Assembly: GCF_036321535.1 (NCBI RefSeq)
Contig: NC_087437.1
Span: forward strand, 85,748,001-85,812,000
DNA: 64,000 nucleotides
Reading direction: 5' to 3'
DNA from: Camelus dromedarius
Taxonomy: Eukaryota
Shown here in pieces: positions 54,080-64,000 of this stretch. The notes below the pieces were generated by a model. The model did not search any database. It was not told the origin of the DNA and saw nothing but the letters and a program-made list of their open reading frames with translations. A program made the translations under genes and the position numbers. Positions within the stretch are counted from its first letter, which is position 1. Every line of letters begins with the position of its first letter.

Positions 54080-54870
54080 TAAGCTTGTCCTGGCATCATA
54101 GCAACACCCAGAATCTGGCAGAAACAAATGCAAATTTCCCTGGTAAAAAGCATCTTTAATTTAATTCCTGCCTCTGGAGTCTCAAAGATTTAGTGCAGCC
54201 ATACATAAGCTAATTACCAAGAACTACTTAAATCTAAAAAAAAGGAACATAAATTACAGTCAGCAGAAAATTTTAAAAATTAGAACCTCCGAGAATTTCA
54301 GTTATTAAATTTATCACATGTAGACTAAAGAAGTCTCTGTACGAAAACTTAAAGATATATAAATGCACTTGGAAAAAGTCTACGAAGAACACCGACTGGG
54401 CAAATTTCAAAATGAACCCCCCAAAAATAAGAAATAGGACTACCAAAATAAAAACTCAACAGATGAAATAAACATCATATTACACATATTAGACATATAT
54501 TTCTGAAGAAATAAACAGTGATTTGGAAAAGGCTTATTTAAAAATAAGTTGGAATGCTGCACCAAGAGACACAAAAGAAACTATACAAAATACATGTGAT
54601 TCTAAGAGACCTGAAGATCAAAATAAGAATACCAAATATAAGCTTTAATTAAAAGTTTCAGTGTGAAAGAACAGAAGGAAAAGGAGAAAGAAAGTGTTTA
54701 AAACAATATTAGCTGAGAATTCTCCAAAATTTGTGAGACAGAAATCATGATATTCAAGAATCATATTGTATTCCAAGAAAGCATAAGGAAAAATAAATGC
54801 ATTTAGACCCCTTGTAATGAAACATTTTAAAGCAAAGATAAAGATCTTTAATGCACAAGAAAGACACGCC
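54080..54870 (+). mobile_element. Old L1/HAL1 ORF1-region relic
   Basis: A-rich degenerate ORF1-like sequence 'aaacaatattagctgagaattctccaaaatttg...aaagcaaagataaagatctt'. Confidence 0.5.
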
Positions 54871-54904
54871 ATGAAAGTATGGTGCCCAAGAGCAAATGGA
54901 AAAT

Positions 54905-55120
54905 GATAAATGCTGAAGTGTATTGAGTGCTTAAAATACGCGATTACACTACTTTACGAATACAAGAGTTAATTCAGTTAACTCTATGAGACAGGTATTG
55001 TTCTGCAGATGAAGATGATGGAAAGTTTACCTAATTTGCCCATGGTTCCTCAGGTACTAGGAAAGGGATTCCAGATTTGAGCCAACAGTAGGCACCAACG
55101 GTTTGGCTCTTAATCCCCGA
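54905..55120 (-). mobile_element. MIR
   Basis: 'tattgagtgctt...aactctatgagacaggtattg...cagatgaag...aatttgcccatggt...gatttgagcc'. Confidence 0.65.
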
Positions 55121-55419
55121 GCTCCCCTCTTTCTCACGGAGTTCTAGGTGACAACTGAGAGGAAACACCCGCTATCTCAAGTTAAGGAACTAGCTAAACA
55201 GTGTTCCAAGAACAAAGCAAATAAAGAAAACAAAAAACAAAAAAAACTGAAGGAATCTGAGTGTCAACAGACAGAAAAGAAAAACACAAAAACTAAGCTG
55301 AATACAAATCGAGCAGAAGTATGTGATTTTTTTTTAAAAGGTGATCAAAAACATGGTGGAACTTTTAAACATTGTTTACACAAAGTAATAGTAAAAATAA
55401 ATGTTTAATCTGATTAAGT

Positions 55420-55590
55420 TCAAAAGTAGAACCACAGGTTCATCAGTTGTGACAACTGTACTGCTCTAGTGGGGGATGGTGATAGATGGCAAGAATATGC
55501 ATGTATGGGCGGAGGCATGTGGGGAAATCTCTGTATGCGCCTTTCAACTTTGCTGTAAACCTAACACTGCTCTAAACAGATAAAGTTTTC
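55420..55590 (+). mobile_element. L1MC/MD-like 3' end
   Basis: 'gttcatcagttgtgacaactgtactgctctagtgggggatggtgata...tttgctgtaaacctaacactgctctaaa'. Confidence 0.7.
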
Positions 55591-56649
55591 TAAAGTCAAA
55601 CTAAGATACTGGACAGTGATAGTTTACAATCCTGAAAGAGAGGGGAGAGAAATTGTAATCTGAATTAAAACTGCTCAAGTCTCTTTTGCTGATGAAGACA
55701 CTGGTTAGATTTTTAACTTCCTAAAGTTAGATAATCTTGGTGAAAATAGAAATAGAGCTTTTAACTTTAGTAGCCATACAGAGAAAATAAAATTAAAAAT
55801 AAATATTGAATTAATCCAAATAATACAAGAAATGAGGGGAAAAAAAGGATAAGTATAAAGCTCAAAATACAACAGTAAAAATACATCCAAGTATATCAGT
55901 AATTACAGTAAGTAGGAATAGTCTGTGGACGATTAAAAATGCCCACAAACTATTTCCAGCTTCACTCATCAAGAGACAGTCTATTTCTCTAATATTTGAA
56001 TCTGACTGGCCTTGTGACCTGCAGCTGAAGTGACATTGTGCTGTTTTTAGGCAAGTAATAGATTTTACAGCTTCCATTCTCACTCTCTTGCTTCCCTGAA
56101 ATCTCCCTGTAAAGATGCTCTGGATCCCAACTGAAGGGTCAAAGATCACATAGGCAGAGAAGTACATTATTAAGGATAAAAGGAGTCAATGAATCATAGT
56201 TGTTTTTTTTTTTAAATTCAATTCTCTGGAAAGTTATTGCAGTCCTAAAATGCATATGTAACTAATAAAAACAATATATTTTTAGAATTCGAAGAATAAT
56301 TGAAAAAGCAACCATAGTGTTAAGAGTTTCAATACACCTCTCTTAAAAGATCAGATAGACAATGTACTACTTATTCGATAGGACCATCTGCCTGTATGTG
56401 CCAGTTCTTTATAGTTTATACCTATACTGATTAGACATGTATGCCATAAGGTTTATAAATGCTTTGACCTCACTCTCATTAGCAATGTATTAAATTTTTT
56501 GAACAATACACTAAATAAGTGTTATTAAATATAGAACTCTGTATCCTAAAAGTGAATAATGTGTATTCTTCCTCAGAATAAATAGAACTTTAAAAAAAAA
56601 ATTCTCATGTATGCCATAAAGCAAGTTTCAACAATTTAAAAGAAAAAAT

Positions 56650-56750
56650 TGGGGCGGGGAAGAAAGAGGAGAAGTGAGGAGAGGAGAAGGAAAGAGAGGA
56701 GGAGAGGAGAGGGGAGAAGGAAGGGAGAAATAGAGAAAGGAAAAAAGAAA
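56650..56750. repeat. Purine-rich (GA/GGA) low-complexity tract
   Basis: ggggcggggaagaaagaggagaagtgaggagaggagaaggaaagagaggaggagaggagagggg... Confidence 0.8.
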
Positions 56751-57499
56751 TGTAAAGGCTTTGGCAGTCAGTTAGCTTGGAAAACACATGTTAAGCTGTT
56801 AAACGGAACCTTCGTATATGCTTTCTTTTGATGTAGATTTTAATGATTGCTTTCATACATCAAGGTCCCTTTTTTTAGTCCACATTCAGACTTTTTTCCA
56901 ATTCTGTAGAAAAGGATTGCATATGGCCTTAAATAGAAAATCCATGCTGGACTGGAAATATCAACATTGCAAATGTATGTCAACATGAACAGGTTCTTAA
57001 TTTTCTGAGCCCAAGACTTTATCAACTCTAATTGCTTTTGGCATAAAATGCAGAAAGGCAGAAGCACATCTTAGTTTAGCTGTGTTTTTGGCATGAACAG
57101 TTGAACTGTTGATAACACAGGGACTCTCTGTAGAATTTCAGAGTCAGTTTGCTTAGAAATATGCATATGTCTAATTTAACACTTTTCCTGATACCGAAAG
57201 AGAACATATCTCGAATATGTGTGTCCTGCTCCTAAAAGAATTTCAGAAATACTCCAACACTCCCTACCAAGATCCTATTCACACTGAATTTTCCTGACTT
57301 GCAAAATGGATACATTTTTCAAGTCCATTGCAAATAAAATAAAATTGAATGAAGTAGAGTGATGAGTCTATTCTGTAAAAAACTGCAATCAGTTTTATAG
57401 GCTACTAATTAAATTCTTCCAAATAAGAAATCTCTTTTAGCCTCTTCTCTCCTTTTTTTTTCCTTTTCCTTCCTGGTTTCAGTTCTAAGGCCATAAGGT

Positions 57500-59640
57500 A
57501 GACAGAGCAAAGTACATATTCAAGCCATTAGGGGTGGGGAGAAGCCACAGTGACCTAGAGTTGTGTGCTACAGTCTGAGTGGAGTAGCAAGGTTGTCTGG
57601 CTCAGGGAGTCAGAGACAGAGCAGAGAGAAGAGGAGGTCCACATGGGGAGTAGCCCAGCTTAGGGTGTGAGAGCCCAAGTGAATTGAGAAGGAGTGAGAG
57701 AATATAATCCACGTGGTGTCAGAGCCTGAGTGGGGTGAGAGGGGTGTCCGTGCCAACATGGCATACGATGGTGGAATGCAAGTGGAAGCAGAAGGCCTTT
57801 CCTACAATGGACAGTCTGCTGTATGATGTCAATACCTGAGCAGGGTGGGGAGTGCACCCATGTCAGGGGCAGGGACAGCCTGGTCACGGGAACCATAGCC
57901 CAAGCAGGACGAGGAAGGTGCCCACACTGAAACATCACTTCACATGGGGTGTCAATGCCTGAGCAGAAGCATTGGGTAGGGTAGGGTACACCAGGTGATA
58001 GAGCCCAATTAAGATGAATGAGGATAGCCCAATGAAAAAGAGTCACAGTCCAGGTTTTTAGAGCCTGAGCATTCCGAGGAAGGTGTCCACACAGACCAGC
58101 ACAGGGTGTCACAGCCTGAGCAGAGCAAGGACAGCTCCCATGCAGTGGGTTCAGCCCCAGCGTTGGGTTTTGGAGCTCAAGCAAGGTAAGGAAAGTGTCT
58201 ACACTGGGGAGGTCCCACATGGAGGGTCAAATTCCTAGTGAGTGAGAGGGGTGTAAGCTTGAGGGAGGAGGTAGTGGTAGAGATGGGAGATAGGCTGCAT
58301 GCAGAAGGAATAGTTAAATTATTAACTTACTAAGGGTAATGGAATCCACGTTTGTCACTGTTGCAAAAGGGGGTTAGAAGTAAGAAAACTAGAATGAACC
58401 CTGAATGGTTGAATTAGAACTGGAAATACCAGTGTGAACTCAAATGTTTTTGATGGGCAGATAGAAAAAATAAATTTAAAGGGGTATGTGTTTTGTGCAT
58501 GTGTGTGTTATATATACAGTATATGTTTATACATCATTGTCTATGTAAGGATGTATATGCATGCATTTACTCCCTAACTCTGTCTACTGAGAGGACGCAG
58601 GAGAAGCAAAACCTCAATAACAATGAGCACATGTGGTGCCGAGTGTTGGTTTCCAAACACGATTCTCCATGAAAAAAAATAAGAGCTCCTCAGAAAAATG
58701 CTTGATTCTCGGGCTGAGGCACAGAAAATATAAGGTGAGCCAGGATATCTGCTTGTGCCAAAAAGCAAGGAAGTGCTCAAAAAAAAAGATGGTGGGGAAA
58801 TGTTAAAAGGAAACAATAGATCGTGGCTTGAAAAGGCTCCTGCTAGTCGTATCAGGGATAAATTGAACATCAAAATAAATGCTGATACTAACAGTTCAAA
58901 ACCCATTGAATAAAATACAAAATCATAAATCCATAGTGATATTAGTTAGTTTGATAATTAAGTGTTCAATGAATAGAATATTTACATGGATTCAAAAAAA
59001 CAGCCCACAAAATGCATTTTGATTACAATGGAGACAATAGTAACTTCACATTAGAAAAGCCTGACATGCACTATCTTAATGCAATAATTAAACTGAACGT
59101 CATATATAATGAGACGAATCAAAATTGTGTTCCACCTTACAGGATGCAAAGAAGATGAGCACAGCATTGTTTCTATAATTAATTTCAGCCAGCAAAGCAT
59201 AACCTGAGTCTAATCACAAGGAAATATCAAGCCCAAACTAGGGGGCATCCTACAATAACTTTAAAAATACCAACATAAGTGGGGAGGGTATAGCTCAGTG
59301 GTAGAGTGCATGCTTGGCATGCACGAGGTCCTGGGTTCAATCCCCAATACCTCAATTAAATAAATAAATAAATAACTCTAATTACCCCCCACCCAAAAAA
59401 AAAACCCAACATAAGGAAAGACAGAGGTGTATTTTCATATTGAGACAAGAATGCTAAATGTAATGCTTGACTTGGAGCTGGGTTCATTTGCCACAAAGTG
59501 CATTACTGAGACTATTAGTCTAACCTGTATAAGTCTGATGATTTAGATGGTTAAGAATGTATTAATATCAAAATCCTAATTTTGACAGTTGTAAATTAAT
59601 CATAAAAGAGAATGTCCTTATTCGTAGTGAGGTATTTTTG
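57500..59640 (+). mobile_element. Old L1 (L1MC-like) 3'UTR including a GC-rich degenerate tandem-repeat segment (~57550-58260)
   Basis: Repeated 'gggtgtcagagcctgagcagggtgagga'-like units, then L1MC motifs 'ctctgtctactgagagg...caatgagcaca...gattctcgggctgaggcacagaaaatataaggtgagcc...gtgccaaaaagcaaggaagtgctc'. Confidence 0.75.
59281..59404 (+). mobile_element. Full-length camelid Vic-1-type SINE inserted in the L1MC-like element
   Basis: ggggagggtatagctcagtggtagagtgcatgcttggcatgcacgaggtcctgggttcaatcccc (tRNA-Ala-like A/B boxes) plus A tail. TSD ..CCAACATAAG on both sides, with TT/AAAA at 59261-59266. Confidence 0.95.
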
Positions 59641-60379
59641 AGGGTGATGGACATCAATTTAAGAAGTCAAGGGACAAATCTAAACTTGACATGCATTAGT
59701 CTTTCTTTTTCATACTGACAATTTCTGTCCCTACTCAGATTCGCTATACATATTCATGTCTGTTTTGCATGATGAGACTCCTTCAAAAGTCCAAAATGGA
59801 GTTACATTCAAGAGCAACTATGCCTCTTTCTGCTCTAGATCTCCCTGATGCATCCATTCAAGACAGGTCCCCTTAGTTTTCATCATTCATTTCAAACAGG
59901 GCTTGTAGATAAGGTCTTCCTGGGACAAGTATGCTTGGGTCCTTCTCCACATTGATTTTGTACTACAAAATATGGCACTTCTAAAACCTATTTTTGGAAA
60001 AAATTTGGGAGCCTACTCAATAGAAAAAAATAAATATCCCTGATCTCCCTCATGAATCTATCATGAGGTAAAACTGTAGGGGAGAAAAAAAAAAAAGAAA
60101 CTGAGGGCAACAGCTGTATTCACATAATAAGAAATACATGATATAATATTCTAATATTCATAACATGATAAAAAGTGAAAAATTCTATCCACTACATAGA
60201 ATATTGGCCCACAAAATCTCAAGCAACCAGATATAAAACTGTATGTGATAACATTAATTTGTTATTTAACCTAGTTATCTGTGGATTTAAGAATAAAAAT
60301 ATAACAAAACCTCCAAGAGAGGAATAAAAACATCAGGAGATCTAGAAACAATATATTTACTCATTCAATATAATATTAA

Positions 60380-60700
60380 GAAGAATTGGAGAACTCAAGA
60401 ACTTAATTCTGGAAAGAAATTATTTATCAGAACATAGCAATCTTCATATATCTGAAGCAGTCTTACATGGAAGAAGGAAGAATTAGGACTAATAATTGGA
60501 AATTATAGAAAGACAGATTTCCACCCAGTTAAAAAGAAAATCAAAACTTGAAATGTTCCAAAACGGAAGAAGCTACTTAGACAAGTGATTTGTTCACTAG
60601 AATATTCACAGCACAGATAATTGCTTGATAAAAGGAGTCAAATAGCAGTTTGGTCACAAGGAATTTGTGATACATAAGTTCACTTCCAATCTTATAATTC
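60380..60700 (+). mobile_element. L3/CR1 3' fragment
   Basis: 'ggaaattatagaaagacagatttccacccagttaaaaag...gttccaaaacggaagaagctacttag...ttcactagaatattca...ttccaatc' resembles the L3 3' end. Confidence 0.5.
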
Positions 60701-61361
60701 AATAGCTTTATATATCCAAAACCATCAAAAATAAGCTAATAACTCCAAAATTCCATGTGACCCTAGAAGGTATACATCACACATTTGATTGCTAAAGCTT
60801 ATTATAGAAACACGGTCATTTTTTTTCTAAAAATAATCCCTCTCATAAAGATAAGCTAGGGCAAACTTCAAAAATGCCCTTAGGTCTGTAAATAATAAAC
60901 TATAAAAGAATTACATAATGGAGGGCAGACACTGATTGAAAGGAAGGATGTTGGCTTTGATATACTGTGTTCAATACCAAGCAGTATTCATCGTCCTTCA
61001 GCTAGCCAATTTTGTATTTCAGTAACATGGGCAAAAGCCATCTTTTCGATACCTTTTCATTGTAGAAGAGTGTGTTTGTTTCTTTAATCATCATTTAGCA
61101 AGTGACATCCAAGGACAGGCTTGTTTGGGAAATCAGAACGTAACAAATTGCATTACAGCTTCAAATCATGCTATGGAGTTAAAAGAACAGGTAAGCAGGT
61201 GTCTTTATGCAAATTGCATTTAAGAATTAATTTCTTTGCTTAAGTATTATTTAGAATGTGTATAATTTATCATTAGTACACCAAATACTGCCCAAATTGT
61301 GTTAAAATAAAAGTCTATGTAGTTATGACAACAAATGTACCATCAAAAATTAAATTATTCC

Positions 61362-63464
61362 TTCAACATAGTCCTGAGAGTCCTAGCCACAGCAATCAGG
61401 CAAGAGAGAGAAATAAAAGGGATCCAAATTGGAAAAGAAGAGGTGAAAGTGTCACTATATCCTGACGACATGTTATTATATCTAGAAAACCCTAAAAGGT
61501 CCACACAAAAACTACTAGAACTAATAAAAGAATTCAGCAAAGTAGCAGGTTACAAGATTAACGTTCAAAAATCAGTTGCATTTCTTTATACTAACGATGA
61601 ATCAACAGAAAAAGAAAGAAACAATCCCCTTTAAAATAGCACCCAAAGTAATAAAATATCTGGGAATAAATCTAACCAAGGTGGTGAAAGAATTATACAC
61701 AGAAAACTATAAACCATTGATGAAGGAAATTAAAGAAGACTTTTAAAAAAGGAAAGATATCCCATGCTCTTGGATTGGAAGAATCAATATTGTTAAAATG
61801 GTCACACTGCCCAAGGCAATCTACAGATTTCATGCAATCCCTATCAAATTACCCAGGACATATTTCACAGAACTAGAACAAATCATAGTAAAATTTATAT
61901 GGAACCATCAAAGACCTAGAATTGCCAAAGTACTGAAGAAAAAGAAATAGGCTGGAGGAATAACTGTCCCAGACTTCAGACAATACTATAGAGCTACAGT
62001 CATCAAGACAGCATGGTATTAGTACAAAAACAGACATATAGACCAATGGAACAGAATAGAGAGCCCAGAAATGAACCCACAAACTTTTGGTCAACTAATC
62101 TTCGACAAAGGAGGCAAGAATATACAATGGAATAAAGACAGTCTCTTCAGCAAATGGTGTTGGGAAAACTGGACAGCAGCATATAAAACAATGAAGCTAG
62201 AACACTCCCTTACACCATACACAAAAATCAACTCAAAATAGATCAAAGACTTAAACGTAAGACAAGATACAATAAACCTCCTAGAGGAAAATATAGGCAA
62301 AACATTATCTGACATACATCTCAAAAATTTTCTCCTAGAAGAAATAAAAGCAAGAATAAACAAATGGGACCTAATGAAACTTACAAGCTTCTGCACAGCA
62401 AAGGAAACCATAAGTAAAACAAACAAAAAAAAAAACCTACAGAATAGGAGAAAATCTTTGCAAATGAAACCAACAAAGGCTTGATCTCCAGAATATATAA
62501 GCAGCTCATAAAGCTTAATAAGAAACAACCAAACAACCCAATCCAAAGATGGGCAAAAGACCTGAACAAGCAATTCTCCAAGGAAGACATACAAATGATC
62601 AATAGGCACATGAAAAAATGCTCAATATCACTAATTATCAGAGAAATGCAAATCAAAACTACAAGGAGGTATCACCTCACACCAGTCAGAATGGCCATCA
62701 TTCAAAAATCCACAAATGACAAATGCTGGAGAGGCTGTGGAGAAAAGGGAACCCTCCTGCACTGCTGGTGGGAATGCAGTTTGGTGCAGCCACTGTGGAA
62801 AACAGTGTGGAGATTCCTCAAAAGACTAGGAACAGACTTACCGTATGACCCAGGAATCCCGCTCCTTTGCATATATCCAGAAGGAACCCTACTCCAAAAT
62901 GACACCTGCACCCCAATGTTCATAGCAGCACTATTTACAATAGCCAAGACATGGAAACAGCCTAAATGTCCATCAACGGATGACTGGATAAAGAAGAAGT
63001 GTTATATTTATACAATGGAATACTATTCAGCCATGAAAACGGACAACATAATGCCATTTGCAGTAACATGGATGCTTCTAGAGAATGTCATTCTAAGTGA
63101 AGTAAGACAGAAAGAGAAAGAAAAATACCATATGAGATTGCTCATATGTGGAATCTAAAAAACAAAAACAAAAACAAAAGCATAAATACTAAACAGAAAT
63201 AGACTCATAGACATAGAATACAAACTTGTGGTTGCCAAGGAGGTGGAGGTTGGGAAAGGATAGATGGGATTTTAAAATTGTAGAATAGATAAAGAAGATT
63301 ATACTGTATAGCGCAGGGAAATATACACAAGATCTTATGGTAGCTTACAGAGAAAAAAATGTGACAATGAACATATATATGTCCATGTATAACTGAAAAA
63401 TTGTGCTCTACACTGGAATTTGACACAACATTGTAAAATGATTATAAGCCAATAAAAAATGTTA
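61362..63464 (+). mobile_element. Young camelid L1, 5'-truncated (ORF2 RT C-terminal half, Cys-rich domain, 3'UTR), disabled
   Basis: [40 protein letters not shown] and the CCHC motif [24 protein letters not shown] near 63451. Approximate TSD AAAAATTAAATTATTCC / AAAAATTTAAATTATCCC. Frameshifts and stops present. Confidence 0.96.
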
Positions 63465-64000
63465 AAAAATTTAAATTATCCCTCTTTTAACATTTTACTG
63501 ACATAACATTTAATATCTGGATATAGGGAAGCATACAAATGACTAGATGAGTCTCTCTCTCTTCATATGAATATCTAAATAATGAGCTTAACATTTCTTT
63601 TGACAAAATTGAAACATCATTATCTATCTATCTGGCATAAATTCAGCCATAAGTAAGGAAAATACCTTAGCCAAGAATGTGTGGCTGGGTTGGAAATACA
63701 GTTGATGGATTTAAGAATGTGAAATGTATACATGTATATGTGGTCAAAATTGGAGACTTATAAATCCACAGATGGTGAAGTCAGAAGAAAAATGACTAAG
63801 AGTTAAATCCAATCCAAATATAGAATAATAATTTATGATGATGAAAGTTTCATGGCAGAGGGTACTCATACAATGGAATCAACACGAAAAAGTTAACTAG
63901 TCTCCACCATGCATGAGCCATAACACAGACTCTTACTTTCCAATAAATTGAGTACTCAACAGTGTTTAGCACCAAACTGGAAATGTGTGCTATTTTAACA

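Noticed and set aside
57660..58220. 186 aa ORF
   Set aside because: It is an antisense reading of a degenerate tandem repeat within an old L1 3'UTR.
59281..59355. tRNA-Ala-like gene
   Set aside because: It has an A-rich tail, a TSD and three homologues in the window, and the acceptor stem is not intact. It is a SINE.
62481..63158. 225 aa ORF as a host gene
   Set aside because: It is the C-terminus of L1 ORF2 in a 5'-truncated, frameshifted copy.
1..64000. Prokaryote-type systems (CRISPR array, operon) or a CpG-island promoter
   Set aside because: The sequence is mammalian repeat-rich DNA. The short direct repeats are two-copy tandem duplications without spacers, and no CpG-dense island is present.

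Overview
AT-rich, CpG-poor mammalian genomic DNA, almost certainly from a camelid (Camelus/Vicugna/Lama): it carries four copies of a tRNA-Ala-derived SINE matching the camelid Vic-1 type and a young camelid-type L1. I can find no recognisable protein-coding exon, RNA gene or CpG island, so the window looks like intergenic or deep-intronic sequence. It is a mosaic of interspersed repeats: L1 of several ages, L2, MIR, L3/CR1, ERV1-class solo LTRs, MaLR/ERVL relics, and MER8, MER5A and Charlie1 DNA-transposon relics. Stretches of unique sequence between them may contain enhancers. Apart from L1 ORF2 and ERVL pol remnants, the listed ORFs appear spurious. I see no evidence for a novel biological system. 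The most interesting observations are small retrotransposition and mutation events: an orphan poly(A)-tailed ~150 bp retro-insertion with a TSD inside an L1, a doubly truncated L1 with no tail but an 8 bp direct repeat, an inverted pair of related solo LTRs, a MER8 copy with unusually preserved CpGs, and two perfect tandem duplications. Subfamily names are by eye from remembered consensus sequences and need RepeatMasker/Dfam confirmation.
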